A stretch of DNA of 64,000 nucleotides from a virus (IMGVR_UViG_3300025118_004802:17822-81821), one strand, 5' to 3'. Shown: positions 31,857 through 42,416, counted from the stretch's first letter. The notes: a model not told the origin generated them from the letters alone. Numbers and translations: made by a program.

Positions 31857-32866
31857 TACAAGCCTTCCTGTGTTAAAATTTCAATTATTCGTTCAGATGA
31901 ACGGCCGTCGCCATATGGGCATTCTTCATCCGGGTCCGGAATGGGATTGTTGTTTATTTCCTTAAAGATAGAAGACAGTTGACTGGGTTCACCACACAGC
32001 GTAGCAAAAACACCCATACCCTCACCTCGCTCGGTTGTTTTCCTACAGACAATGCACCGCTTGCGGAAAAAGGAAGATTCTTCTTGTAGGCCGCCACTAT
32101 CAGTGATGACTAAGTGGCTTTCAGATAAAAGCTTAATAAACTCTTCATATTTCATAGCATCGACAGCCTTAACATTTTTAAGTAGGCCCTGGTGTTTGAT
32201 GACATTAGGGTTTGGGTGGATCGGTAACACAAACTCTAGATCCGGATGCTGAGTCGCTAGAGTCTCGAAAGTAGCAAACCATTCTTCTATGTCCGAATGA
32301 TTCTCACGGCGGTGCATAGTCACCACCACTTTGTTTGTACGTTTCGGTACAATCTCTACCAAATTATCTAACACAGTGTTCCCTACCACATGGACGGACC
32401 CTGCCACCTTCTCGCGGTGAAGATTGGCTGCTGCAGTTTCCGTGGGGCACAAATGGACCGTGGCCAGTCTAGACAGGGCTTGTCGGTTAAATTCTTCTGG
32501 ATACGGATTGTCAAGGTCATATGTACGCAACCCTGCCTCTAGGTGTATTACTTTAAGCTTCCTGTGAAAAGCTGCCAAGCCCACTGCAAATGCCGAGGTT
32601 GTGTCTCCCTGAACCAAGACATGAGTGGTGTCTTCGAAGGCCACACAGTTGTTTGGGGTTAGGATGGAGGAGACCAGCGCGTCGAGGCGATTGGTATCGC
32701 CTTTAATCAGCATCCTCTCTAAATTATTGTGGTCCAGGTGCGACAACAGATCTTCATGCTGTCCCGTAAACAACATCTTATATTTAACGTCATGTTTCTG
32801 ACATGCAGCGATGATGGGTTTAATTTTTATGTATTCAGGTCGAGTACCAAAACTAATTAATAACAT
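31856..32866 (-). CDS. wecB: UDP-N-acetylglucosamine 2-epimerase (non-hydrolysing)
   Basis: GTRPEYIK, TGQH, QGDTTSA, HLEAGLRT, PYPEEFNR, TMHRREN, TDSGGLQEE, PYGDG. Confidence 0.93.
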   Translation of the reverse strand: MLLISFGTRPEYIKIKPIIAACQKHDVKYKMLFTGQHEDLLSHLDHNNLERMLIKGDTNRLDALVSSILTPNNCVAFEDTTHVLVQGDTTSAFAVGLAAFHRKLKVIHLEAGLRTYDLDNPYPEEFNRQALSRLATVHLCPTETAAANLHREKVAGSVHVVGNTVLDNLVEIVPKRTNKVVVTMHRRENHSDIEEWFATFETLATQHPDLEFVLPIHPNPNVIKHQGLLKNVKAVDAMKYEEFIKLLSESHLVITDSGGLQEESSFFRKRCIVCRKTTERGEGMGVFATLCGEPSQLSSIFKEINNNPIPDPDEECPYGDGRSSERIIEILTQEGL

Positions 32867-34456
32867 TCACTTTCCCTCTCGTACAAGCTGCCACCCTCCC
32901 GCGATAGCTTTTTGCACACAGAAGTCCCTCTCAGAGAAGAACGTCTGATGGCTCACAGCGGAGTTGGTTGAAGTGGCTTTGCTATCAATCCCTAGCTCGT
33001 TACCATAGATTGAACCATGTAGTGCTTTGTTATCTGGCGGATGAGGAGGGCAATAGGTCTTAATTCCTCCATGCTTTTGGGCCATATAAGAAAACTGCAT
33101 GTCCTCACCGTTATCCCACGTGGTAGGCGGCTCGTACCACAAGTATTTAAGCCACGAGCGCTCAAAAAACCACGCGTGGCCCACAAGATCGACCTCTGTA
33201 GTTTTCGTGTTTTCAGCAGGCCAACCGATGCGAGTGTGAGGATTATAAGTATTATTGTGTAAAATTACACCAGCTGAACCTAAAATCCCAGGTGTTTCCT
33301 TCATCGTCTGTATACAGTTTTCAAACCACTGTGAGCCCGGTATTGTGTCGTCGTCGAAAATAGCAACATATTTCGTGTCCGCCAACAATGCAGCAGAAAA
33401 CCGTCCGTAAAATTTCCAATTATGGTCATTCCGGAATACCCTGTCAACATCTAAAACTTCAAAATCAAACCCACTTAGATCTTCGTGGTCATTGACCCAA
33501 ATCCAAATTTGTTTAGGAGGCCGGTTTTGTTCCTTGATCGATTTTATTTGACGCTCCAAGTTGTAAGGACGCCGATATGCATTTAAGATAACTGTAATGT
33601 CTTCATATTCTGCAGGAGCAACGAACGTGTCGACAAAGACGTCTATTACCCTCTCTCGTTGTCCTCTCAAGTATTCGATAAGCTCGGCGCCCTTTAATTT
33701 AAACCAATCCTCGCTTGTGGCACCAATTAAATGATTAGTGTGCACCGTGCACCCCAACATACGAGCTTCAACGATGACACGGCTATAAGTCTCCAAAACG
33801 GTAGGTAAGAATACGAAGCTCTCACACTCGCTCAGTTGTTCAAGAAAGGCGGAGGGTGTGCATGGGCCCAAGAGTTCGTACTCCATCTTATTAGAAACGC
33901 AGTGCTCGATGGCGCCAGAGGTGTTCTTAATAACATTTGCCGAGTTCATGACGCCGGCGCCTCGGCGCTTTGTACTCGTACGCAGCAATTGCTCAATGTG
34001 ATCCAATTCTTGATCAGTCCACGGGTTTGTTGAAGCATTGATAATGTTTTTCAAGCCCAAGTTCTTCTGTAATACTTCTGCATGGATTTTCGTTTGGCAG
34101 ACCACCGCGTGGGCATTTCGATAAAAGTCCTTGTTTACAAGTTGGTCAGCGGGGGCTATGAAATCCTGGAACACGGAGGGGTCCCGCGTTTTCAAATATT
34201 TATGATCATGCTCATAGATGATGTATTTCTCCTGTGCCAGTTTACGCTTACAGGAGTCGCCCAGGTTTAAAAAGTTGCCTACAATAAAGTTGCTGCCGGA
34301 GTATTCTTCGAGTACAAATAAATTTACCTGATGAGAGTGTATGGGTATCACTGTGTGGCCGCGAGACCTCAGAGAAGTAATCAAAACATCGTTTACTATC
34401 TCTCCTCCACCGCAAACATCTGCTTTAAAAAAATCAGCAATAAAGACGTACTGCAC
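32867..34456 (-). CDS. Two-domain glycosyltransferase (GT-B-like plus GT2/GT-A)
   Basis: GGGE...ETYSRVIVEARMLGC, then ITVILNAYRRP...AIFDDDTIP. Confidence 0.78.
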   Translation of the reverse strand: MQYVFIADFFKADVCGGGEIVNDVLITSLRSRGHTVIPIHSHQVNLFVLEEYSGSNFIVGNFLNLGDSCKRKLAQEKYIIYEHDHKYLKTRDPSVFQDFIAPADQLVNKDFYRNAHAVVCQTKIHAEVLQKNLGLKNIINASTNPWTDQELDHIEQLLRTSTKRRGAGVMNSANVIKNTSGAIEHCVSNKMEYELLGPCTPSAFLEQLSECESFVFLPTVLETYSRVIVEARMLGCTVHTNHLIGATSEDWFKLKGAELIEYLRGQRERVIDVFVDTFVAPAEYEDITVILNAYRRPYNLERQIKSIKEQNRPPKQIWIWVNDHEDLSGFDFEVLDVDRVFRNDHNWKFYGRFSAALLADTKYVAIFDDDTIPGSQWFENCIQTMKETPGILGSAGVILHNNTYNPHTRIGWPAENTKTTEVDLVGHAWFFERSWLKYLWYEPPTTWDNGEDMQFSYMAQKHGGIKTYCPPHPPDNKALHGSIYGNELGIDSKATSTNSAVSHQTFFSERDFCVQKAIAGGWQLVREGK

Positions 34457-34458
34457 TA

Positions 34459-35781
34459 CTACTCGTATGTCTGCACCGGTGGGGAAGCGGGGGGCGGCGT
34501 GATACCCGATATAGGTTGCAGCATGGTGCCGACCTCGGGCTCCTTTAGCACATTCAGGATCTCTTCCGCAAACTTAGTACTTTGGTTTTCAAAGGAGTGT
34601 GTTTGTAATATATGCTTTTGCAACTTCTTCGCCAAACCGCGATGTTGGTTATACTTTTTAATCATTTCCTTCATTTTGGTTTTGGCGCTATTTTCCTTTG
34701 GATAGCACCACGCTGCATCGGGCTGGATTACTCCCTCCCAATGAGCATCTTCCTGAACAACATTCAAATCATAATCGACCCGAGAAAAATGGGGCCGCAT
34801 TCGAACCTTTTTTGTCTTTTTCTTGATAACCGGAGCATACAAAAAATCTAATTGACCACCCCACTCTGGTGCCAACACTGGCATGCCATTACAAACAGCC
34901 TCGAAAAGCGGTAATCCATACCCTTCTCCGTGTGACAGGGATAACAAGCAATGAATGTCAGGATGGGTATAAAGACCAGTCATCTCTTCATCGGTCATCT
35001 CTCCGTGCACCAAGTATATCTTACACTGGATCTCTTGATCCTCGAAAGAGTCCATAAGTTGTGTGAACCCTGCGCTTGTAACTTCGCGGTCCATGGTGCT
35101 ATTATTCTGATTGAACACCTTCAAAACGAGACCCACTGTTGGATCATCCTTAAACTGTTCAATGAACCACCTGGTCGTGTTTAGCAAGTTCTTGCGGGGT
35201 CCATTTTGTGCAACGATAAGAAAGTTGAACTTGGTTTTAAACTCAACCCCCAGTTCTGCTGGTTCTAAAGTCTTAGCAGGGAAATTGACGACGGACACCG
35301 GAGTGGTGACACGAAAATCCTCAAACACCTGGCCTGTTTCTTTATGTTCGGCATGGTATGCCGTGTTGTCAAAGCCATATTTAGCGTGATTTGACACAAC
35401 TATGACCTTGTCCATCATATTGGACTTCTCAACCCAAATCGGTGCTATTTTTGTACACTCAATCCCAGCTGTGTATCCTATATTAACGGCTGCTATCCTT
35501 TCCCATTCATTAGGAATAGTGACCTGTAAGGACACATCATAGGTGTGAGGACCCACATCTGGTTGGGCATTTGCTACATTGGTCTTGCCAATGGTATAGT
35601 CAATCCAACGCCTCTCCTCAGAGTCCTCTGCTAACCAACTTGTGTTTCCCCAGCCGGTAGTCATTAGATAAATATCAAACTTATCCTCGTGGGCTCGGAG
35701 AGTACGCAAGGCAAATCTTGTCTGTTCTCCATAGCCGCTGCGCGTCAGGGCTGGCCCTCTTACAATGATCTTTTTTCTCAT
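34459..35781 (-). CDS. GT4 glycosyltransferase
   Basis: RSGYG, PRKN, SHGEGYGLPLFEA..GMPV. Confidence 0.88.
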   Translation of the reverse strand: MRKKIIVRGPALTRSGYGEQTRFALRTLRAHEDKFDIYLMTTGWGNTSWLAEDSEERRWIDYTIGKTNVANAQPDVGPHTYDVSLQVTIPNEWERIAAVNIGYTAGIECTKIAPIWVEKSNMMDKVIVVSNHAKYGFDNTAYHAEHKETGQVFEDFRVTTPVSVVNFPAKTLEPAELGVEFKTKFNFLIVAQNGPRKNLLNTTRWFIEQFKDDPTVGLVLKVFNQNNSTMDREVTSAGFTQLMDSFEDQEIQCKIYLVHGEMTDEEMTGLYTHPDIHCLLSLSHGEGYGLPLFEAVCNGMPVLAPEWGGQLDFLYAPVIKKKTKKVRMRPHFSRVDYDLNVVQEDAHWEGVIQPDAAWCYPKENSAKTKMKEMIKKYNQHRGLAKKLQKHILQTHSFENQSTKFAEEILNVLKEPEVGTMLQPISGITPPPASPPVQTYE

Positions 35782-37082
35782 GCTGCTTTCTTCCTCTTGG
35801 TAATCTCTTGGAGTGTCCAGGGTTTATAGTTCTTTCTAGTCTCCCATGAGCCACAGTGCTCATGTAGGTCTTGGATCGTGTCATCCCAGGTTTCAATGGC
35901 CTTGTTGAGGCTATAGTTTTTTTCTACATGTTGGCGTCCTAGTTCGCCCAATTTGTCTCGCTCCTTCTGCGAGAAATTGTAAAATCTTTCCAGGGCTTCA
36001 ACCACCACCTCCTCCGAGAGGCGGTCTTCGTAGATCGCTGGAATGTTTTGGGACCCTATGATCGCCTTTGAAGTGGGGTCAAGACCGATCCCAAAATATT
36101 TCTTTCCATCTGTGACTTGCTCTTGAAGACCCCCGGTCTTATTAACCAGAATAGGGGTCCCGCACGCCAAAGACTCTAGGGTTGCTAAGCCAAAGCCCTC
36201 AGCATCAGATATATTAATAGTACAGTCAACCATATTGTAAATTTTAGCTAAAATCGGTTCGGGCAGCTTTTCCTTTGACAGCATGACTTGTCCATCAGTT
36301 ATTCCCAATTCTCTAAGAATGTACTCTAGATCTTGACCATGCTGGTCTGTAGGATCTGTATGCATGATGAGCATCGCTTTATCGTGACCTACTTTGTCCA
36401 AAAACTTTTTGAACCAATAGATCAATGAACCAGATTGTTTTCGCCGGGCGTTTCTGTTGTTCCAGAAAAAAACCATCTTGTCTTCATTCTTCTCACCAAG
36501 TGCTTCTTGACGAAACTGCCTTATCTCTTCCTCTGGAAGCTTAATGTACGCAGGACCAGGGACGTGCCCAATACGCTTAACAGGGACGTCCGGAGACACA
36601 GTCCTCACTATATCATCAGTAACTTTAGAAATTGTCACTACCAAGTCATTGGAATCATAGTATTTCTTATTAAAAGTAGGGTATGGGTAATTATCCCATA
36701 CATGGTAGTAAACCATCGGGATCATCGGACGGATCTCATTGTCCATCTCCCATAGCCAGCCCCAAAACCTCGGATCTGTCATAAACCACAAGACATCAGG
36801 GCGCTCGGAACGAATCAAAGAGCGTATCACGTCTTTGTTACCATACCCGTCTATAGGGACGATTTTCCAACTCTCCCCGTACTCAGGGGTTACAATAGGT
36901 TTGTAATCATGATGCTTCATGGCGCCGGCCAAAGAGAAAAATTCATATTTCCCAGTACGCAGCAGCCCCTCAATAAAGTACTTTGTCTGTGTACCGACCC
37001 CTGAGGGTGATAAGGGGTGATCACTCAAAGTTAAGATTTTTATTTTTTTTGGAGAAGTATCCCCACTAATATTTTCAGACAT
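35778..37082 (-). CDS. GT4 glycosyltransferase
   Basis: PSGVG, NRNARRK, AEGFGLATLESLACGTP. Confidence 0.88.
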   Translation of the reverse strand: MSENISGDTSPKKIKILTLSDHPLSPSGVGTQTKYFIEGLLRTGKYEFFSLAGAMKHHDYKPIVTPEYGESWKIVPIDGYGNKDVIRSLIRSERPDVLWFMTDPRFWGWLWEMDNEIRPMIPMVYYHVWDNYPYPTFNKKYYDSNDLVVTISKVTDDIVRTVSPDVPVKRIGHVPGPAYIKLPEEEIRQFRQEALGEKNEDKMVFFWNNRNARRKQSGSLIYWFKKFLDKVGHDKAMLIMHTDPTDQHGQDLEYILRELGITDGQVMLSKEKLPEPILAKIYNMVDCTINISDAEGFGLATLESLACGTPILVNKTGGLQEQVTDGKKYFGIGLDPTSKAIIGSQNIPAIYEDRLSEEVVVEALERFYNFSQKERDKLGELGRQHVEKNYSLNKAIETWDDTIQDLHEHCGSWETRKNYKPWTLQEITKRKKAA

Positions 37083-37096
37083 GTGTATTTATTCCC

Positions 37097-37888
37097 TTAG
37101 CTACAGTGTTCGGTGTTGTAAAAATCACAAAAACCCCAACGATTTTTGCAAGAAAGCTTGTTCTTAAGTGTAATCTTGCTTGTTATATTATAAATCGCTT
37201 TTTCCAACAAGTTAAGAGCATTATTCATCTTTTTGGCACCACTGGTTACCCGAAACAACTCTACCTTATTATTTTTAGCCGTCCGCTTAAGCAGGGCAAA
37301 ATGTGTTTCGATTAGCTTATGCTCGACTCCATGTTTCTTAGCCCAGTAATTCTTGTAAAGAGTAAGTTGATAGGTAGTCATTCTTTCGTTTTTTCTTTGA
37401 GCATCCCAGCCCCAGGAACAAGTTTTCCAATCGATTATATGGTATTTCCCATCCGAGGTCTGTAAGACAAGGTCGATGAAGCCTTTAAATTTGTAATCCT
37501 GGATGTCGGTGTCTTCATAGAGTCTTTCCTCGGTAGAAATAAGTTCAAACTCTCCGAAATATTCCTCAAGCGCTGGGATTATGTATTCGATAAGAGGAGG
37601 TCCCTGCTGATACATATTCTTTAAAAGCTTCTTGTCTTTGATTTCGATCTGTCTGGACTCATTCAGGAACGCGTTCTTAAAAAAATCCTCAGCGTCAAAC
37701 GTCTTGTCTTCTTTCGGAAGTTTTACAAGCTGTTCGCATGTATCGTGCATTGCTGTACCAAAAGCTGTGTGTTCGTTGCCATCAAACACTTTGATGCCGT
37801 CGACATAAACCAACTTATGATAATAAGGGCACGTGTTCCAGTTTTTTAATTCAGAAAAAGAAATGTGGTTCTTTTTAAGCGTCGCCAC
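37097..37888 (-). CDS. PD-(D/E)XK exonuclease, Cas4/RecB-like with Fe-S cysteines
   Basis: HISFS, CPY, GTAMH, GFIDLV, IIDWKT, YQLTLY, C-terminal C..C..C; GTG start at 37888 with GAGG RBS. Confidence 0.88.
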   Translation of the reverse strand: MATLKKNHISFSELKNWNTCPYYHKLVYVDGIKVFDGNEHTAFGTAMHDTCEQLVKLPKEDKTFDAEDFFKNAFLNESRQIEIKDKKLLKNMYQQGPPLIEYIIPALEEYFGEFELISTEERLYEDTDIQDYKFKGFIDLVLQTSDGKYHIIDWKTCSWGWDAQRKNERMTTYQLTLYKNYWAKKHGVEHKLIETHFALLKRTAKNNKVELFRVTSGAKKMNNALNLLEKAIYNITSKITLKNKLSCKNRWGFCDFYNTEHCS

Positions 37889-38183
37889 TCTTCCTCGCTT
37901 TTGCTCCAGCCTTCTTAGGCTTGGGTGTGCTCGCCTTCTTGGCACGAGGTGCAGAAGGCTTCTTAAAAACACAAACCGCAGTTCGGCGTGTCTCTTTGAT
38001 GTTGCTCATATAAGAAGGCATTTCGGTACATTTCCATTCTTCTTTGATGAGGCCACTGGCTACGACCGCTTCCGTGATCTGCGAACCGTTTAACGCACAT
38101 GTATCTTCGTCTCGAACCCGGGGTGGTAGAGTCAACTCCACCCGGACCTCCTTCTCGGTTTCTAAAATAATCTTACAATTCAT
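37875..38183 (-). CDS. Hypothetical protein with basic tail
   Basis: 102 aa, fits the operon spacing. Confidence 0.55.
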   Translation of the reverse strand: MNCKIILETEKEVRVELTLPPRVRDEDTCALNGSQITEAVVASGLIKEEWKCTEMPSYMSNIKETRRTAVCVFKKPSAPRAKKASTPKPKKAGAKARKSGDA

Positions 38184-38187
38184 TTAC

Positions 38188-38886
38188 TTAATCTCCCTGA
38201 GATTCACCCAGAACCTCTTCTATTTTACGATAGACTGCAGGACTTATAGTCCTGACATACTCCATATCCTTCAAAAAATATTGCTCAAAAGCAGTCGCAA
38301 AATATTCCCTGAGGGACGTCGCTGAATAGGGCGATACAAAAAGCCCCATGCTTAATGGCACCAACGCTGGGTACCCAATTGTATTGTACAGGAACTCGTC
38401 AAATTTTTCGGAGTACTCTGGATCCAAAAACCCCGACACAACTGGTTTAACGGCATCGTGGCCGTATTCCGCTTGTAATATCTGTAACAACCGCTTACGT
38501 TTCCCTAAAAATTCCACCTCAACAGCACTATCTGCATAAATAGATTCACCGTATAAGTTTTCAACATTATGAGCGACCTCATGAACGATATCGTCAATCA
38601 TATCTTCTTCGCTATCCTGTTCGTTGCTCACATATATAGCACCATTTTCCAGTTTCGCATTTGTATTCTTGTTATCAAAATCTTCAAAAGAACCAACAAA
38701 AATTGTATCAATACCATATAAAAACCGGGAAGGGACACGTTGCTCGATTTCATCCATAGCTGCCTCGACGTCAATGTCTTGATCGATGAACTTGTCTTTA
38801 AAATAGACCGGGATATTATAGAGGTTATAAGACACCATGTGCGCTTCCATCAAAAGAGTACTTAAATTTTGACGCGTCCTAGACAT
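38188..38886 (-). CDS. Zincin metallopeptidase (MtfA/lethal-factor-like)
   Basis: IVHEVAH plus downstream PYSATSLREYFA. Confidence 0.7.
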   Translation of the reverse strand: MSRTRQNLSTLLMEAHMVSYNLYNIPVYFKDKFIDQDIDVEAAMDEIEQRVPSRFLYGIDTIFVGSFEDFDNKNTNAKLENGAIYVSNEQDSEEDMIDDIVHEVAHNVENLYGESIYADSAVEVEFLGKRKRLLQILQAEYGHDAVKPVVSGFLDPEYSEKFDEFLYNTIGYPALVPLSMGLFVSPYSATSLREYFATAFEQYFLKDMEYVRTISPAVYRKIEEVLGESQGD

Positions 38887-39154
38887 CTTCTCCGGTATCT
38901 GTCCCCAGATCTAGCAGGCCCGGCTGATCGGCTAGCCCCTGCTCGTAACCGCGAATCCAGTTTTCCTCTGCGAGAGAAAGAACGAACTCAGGGAACTCAT
39001 CAGCAAATACCTCCACCACCATTTCCACTGTAATCAAATTATCTTCTGGTGCTAACTTAGTTCCTACATAGTTCACGACCATGTTTTTAAGATCAGTATC
39101 GGTAATTACCTCTGATAGCAGTTCTTCATTTTTAATATCATCAGCTTTTATCAC
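38879..39154 (-). CDS. Hypothetical acidic protein
   Basis: 91 aa, AAGGA RBS. Confidence 0.6.
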   Translation of the reverse strand: MIKADDIKNEELLSEVITDTDLKNMVVNYVGTKLAPEDNLITVEMVVEVFADEFPEFVLSLAEENWIRGYEQGLADQPGLLDLGTDTGEDV

Positions 39155-39169
39155 TTTTGTTTCCTTATT

Positions 39170-40483
39170 TTACAGTACCTTCGAAGCCAGGGTTGCAACT
39201 CGGGAGCGCTCTCCTTTTCGTAGAGAGATGTGACCAGCTAACTCACAGTCCTTGAATTTCTCAATAGCGTATGTCAAACCATTCGTTGTCTCGTCTAAAT
39301 AGACATTATCGATTTGTTCAATGTCTCCTGTGAGAACTATTTTCGTATTCTCTCCTACTCTGGTAAGTATAGTCTTTAATTCATGATTTGTTAAGTTTTG
39401 AGCCTCGTCTATCACGATAAAGGCATTCGTAATCGAACGGCCTCGTATGTAAGTCAAAGCCTCAATCTCGATAAGACCCTTATCAGTATACATATCTAGA
39501 GATGCTTTGTCATCGTTCATTAGATGCTTTAGATTATCCTCAATCGGGGCTATCCATGGGGCCATCTTTTCTTCCAATGTACCGGGCAGAAACCCTATAT
39601 CTTTCCCTAGTGGTTGAACCGGGCGGGAAATGACTAGCCGTTTGTATTTTTTAGTTTCGAGCACCTGCTGTAACCCGGCAGCAACAGCTAAAAGAGTCTT
39701 CCCACAGCCTGCTTTGCCTGTGAGAGTAATGATTGGTATCTCTTCGTTCATCAGTAGGTCTATAGCAAATGTCTGTTCCTTGTTGCGAGAATGTACGCCC
39801 CAAATTCCTTGCCTGTATTCAGCGATTGCACTTAAAGGCTTTTTTATTGAAGACAGGCGCGCAAGGGCCGTTTTCTTTGGATTTGAATTCGAAACGAGCA
39901 TCAAAAACTGGTTGTCATATAGTTTGTTAGTCTCGTCGTCCAGTATTACCTCTTCATGGTTATAAAACCGATCAATTACCTGTTCATCGACAAGCTGATT
40001 TGTGAACCCAGCATACACGTCATCCAGGTCCTCAACCACTTGATTATCGACATACCCCTCACATAATATCCCTAAAGCATCGCACTTGACGCGCATATTG
40101 ATATCACGAGAAACCACAATAACCTTCCGGCGAGGTGTCTCCTCTTGTTCGCCTAGTGCCACACCAATAATCTTATTGTCAGCGTTTTCGATGTCGAAAG
40201 AATGAGGCAATATTGTTGAGGCGTTATAAGGGCGGGCGCGCACTATTCCTCTTCCTTTGCCCAGACGTACGCCCTTTCTCAAACACCCTCGGTCGCGGAG
40301 TTCGTCTAACGTTCGTATAATCTTGCGAGCGTTGGCTCCTACACCGTCCTGCCGCTTCTTGTGCTTATCGATCTCCTCAAGCACTTTAAGAGGAATAACG
40401 ATATCATTATTGCCAAAAGCGCTGATTGAGGTTGCATCACTCAAATAAACGTTTGTGTCCAGTACGTAAGTTTTCTTCGCCAC
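39170..40483 (-). CDS. phoH: PIN-PhoH ATPase
   Basis: YVLDTNV PIN domain; GKAGCGKT, IGFLPGTLEEKM, YIRGRSI, IDEAQN, GDIEQID. Confidence 0.93.
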   Translation of the reverse strand: MAKKTYVLDTNVYLSDATSISAFGNNDIVIPLKVLEEIDKHKKRQDGVGANARKIIRTLDELRDRGCLRKGVRLGKGRGIVRARPYNASTILPHSFDIENADNKIIGVALGEQEETPRRKVIVVSRDINMRVKCDALGILCEGYVDNQVVEDLDDVYAGFTNQLVDEQVIDRFYNHEEVILDDETNKLYDNQFLMLVSNSNPKKTALARLSSIKKPLSAIAEYRQGIWGVHSRNKEQTFAIDLLMNEEIPIITLTGKAGCGKTLLAVAAGLQQVLETKKYKRLVISRPVQPLGKDIGFLPGTLEEKMAPWIAPIEDNLKHLMNDDKASLDMYTDKGLIEIEALTYIRGRSITNAFIVIDEAQNLTNHELKTILTRVGENTKIVLTGDIEQIDNVYLDETTNGLTYAIEKFKDCELAGHISLRKGERSRVATLASKVL

Positions 40484-40502
40484 TTTTCGCCCTTTTACTA
40501 TA

Positions 40503-41333
40503 CTAATTAGATTTCGGTCTTGTTAATTCTAACATATTCTTATACCACTTGTCATAGTAGTCCTTTATGTTATCATCGATAAAGTCGTTCAGTACGGCTG
40601 TCCGAGGACTAAAGCTTACGTGATGAAACCCATCCACAACTGAGTGTATCATTCCCACAAGGCGCCCGTTAGAATCTAATACTGGAGACCCTGAGGAGCC
40701 GCCTGCGGCGGGAATAGTGAACAGAGATCGATCTTTGTCTATATCGCCTGAATAGTGCCCACTGAACAGTGGTATGGCGCCGGGTTGGAACACATTGTGT
40801 GGGGCAGCTATATTATAGTAGGTCTCTCCTTTATTCAGGGTGCCATAAAAACGTTTCAGCGGTTTCACTTTAAGATTTGGCGCAAAAGCAATACACGTAT
40901 CGTTCTCTTGATCCGCAGCTATTACCTCCATCCTGGCGATCTCGCCTTCGTGCGTTGTGGCCCTATGGACGACAGTAATTTTAAATCGCTCGGTCGCTGG
41001 ATCGCTTAGGAGCTGTTCTGTCAGGGCGGCCATAAAAGTCATATCATCTCGTGGATCCGCGCAAACATGCTGTGCGCTCAACACAAATACCCCTAACGCG
41101 TTAGCCGCGACGACGCTGCCGGATCCTTGGGCGCCCCAAGTTGCCATAGGAATGTTCCCACATTCTTCAACTGTTTCCTTCTTTTTTTTCTTTTTCTTGC
41201 ATACACTAAATTCTACCATTCTAGAAATTTTTATAAATGAACGTGTATGGGTACGTAAAACTGATTCACTTGTACAGGAGGCCTGTAGCAAAACTAATAT
41301 TAGAATAAGCCAAAGTGTCTTCTTCGTTTTCAT
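40503..41333 (-). CDS. Trypsin-like serine protease, probable lipoprotein
   Basis: Signal peptide with LQASC lipobox; LSAQHVC, ENDTC, GGSSGSPV triad. Confidence 0.85.
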   Translation of the reverse strand: MKTKKTLWLILILVLLQASCTSESVLRTHTRSFIKISRMVEFSVCKKKKKKKETVEECGNIPMATWGAQGSGSVVAANALGVFVLSAQHVCADPRDDMTFMAALTEQLLSDPATERFKITVVHRATTHEGEIARMEVIAADQENDTCIAFAPNLKVKPLKRFYGTLNKGETYYNIAAPHNVFQPGAIPLFSGHYSGDIDKDRSLFTIPAAGGSSGSPVLDSNGRLVGMIHSVVDGFHHVSFSPRTAVLNDFIDDNIKDYYDKWYKNMLELTRPKSN

Positions 41334-41377
41334 ACTCCTATTGATAACTAGAGTTTTGAAAATATAAAAACAGAACT

Positions 41378-41767
41378 TTATTCCGTGTTATAGCGTTCCT
41401 TTATATATGGGTTAATTGTTACGGGCTCGCCATCTCCATCAACCCGTACAAAAGTCATCGTTGTGGAGCAAACCAATTTCTCACTACCATTGTAGGGGCT
41501 GCGCCGGCGGGCTTGGATATCGAAAACGGCACTGGTACCACCAAAAGATTTAACAGACCCGTAAATTTTAATTATCTGACCAGTCCGAACGGGCTTGAGA
41601 AATTCTACTTCGCTCATCTTTGCTGTGACCATACGTGGCGTTTCACAAACTTGGCACGCATATGCTACCGCTGCTTCGTCCAACCAGGCCAGCATCTGGC
41701 CACCGAACAGATTTCCGTTAAACCCAACATCCCGGGCCATACATTTTCGGGTTGATATTAGTTCCAT
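41378..41767 (-). CDS. Acyl-CoA thioesterase (hotdog fold, YciA-like)
   Basis: DVGFNGNLFGGQMLAWLDEAA, VEFLKPV. Confidence 0.9.
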   Translation of the reverse strand: MELISTRKCMARDVGFNGNLFGGQMLAWLDEAAVAYACQVCETPRMVTAKMSEVEFLKPVRTGQIIKIYGSVKSFGGTSAVFDIQARRRSPYNGSEKLVCSTTMTFVRVDGDGEPVTINPYIKERYNTE

Positions 41768-41811
41768 CTTTTCACCATACGCATTTTTAGTACATCAGCA
41801 ATATATATTTG

Positions 41812-42138
41812 CTACCTTGATGAAGCAGCGGTACCAGTTTTTCCTTCCCAGATACTATTCTTGACCTTTATAGTGACGTGCCAGCGTTTATGTAGCTCTG
41901 AAGCAACCCTCTTTTTAAGAGGGTCGATCATTGTATGTGTCAACCTAGTAGTATAGGGCGATATCTGCTGGACGATTACGAGTTTTACCTCAGCATCGAA
42001 CTTTAGAAACTTATACCTAACCCCCTCTTTTAAGAATAATTTTTCACTTTCTTCTACACAAATAATTTCAGCCAAAGCAACCTTTTCCATGAAGGTTCTT
42101 TTTTTTGCAAGGGCTTTAAGATCCGCTGCTGTCGCCAT
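41812..42138 (-). CDS. Hypothetical protein
   Basis: 108 aa, GGAG RBS. Confidence 0.55.
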   Translation of the reverse strand: MATAADLKALAKKRTFMEKVALAEIICVEESEKLFLKEGVRYKFLKFDAEVKLVIVQQISPYTTRLTHTMIDPLKKRVASELHKRWHVTIKVKNSIWEGKTGTAASSR

Positions 42139-42161
42139 AAGAAATAACTCCCTCTCTATAT

Positions 42162-42416
42162 TTAATTAGATCTCACGAGATTCTTTCTACACCAATGAAG
42201 CGTTCTTTCTCTCTCGTTTCCAGATTTAAGCGTCCTTACAAGCACACGCTCGGCTGCCTCATTGATACTCATAATCATTACCTTGATCGTCGGATTAGAC
42301 CTCATATGGTACTCCCCTTTGTCGAGGTGTATATGCTTATATTTTTCGTATTCTTGTAGATATCTTTGCTGACTGTTCATGGATATTCTCTTAATCGGTG
42401 TAATCGGTATACTCAT
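42162..42416 (-). CDS. Hypothetical protein
   Basis: 84 aa directly after the tRNA-like gene. Confidence 0.5.
   Translation of the reverse strand: MSIPITPIKRISMNSQQRYLQEYEKYKHIHLDKGEYHMRSNPTIKVMIMSINEAAERVLVRTLKSGNERERTLHWCRKNLVRSN

Noticed and set aside
37097-37888. Cas4-like nuclease as evidence for CRISPR-Cas
   Set aside because: No array or other cas genes seen; solo Cas4-like nucleases are common in phages
41180-41198. T-rich run encoding poly-Lys as a programmed frameshift or phase-variation site
   Set aside because: The run is interrupted, the frame is intact, and similar poly-Lys runs occur in other genes here
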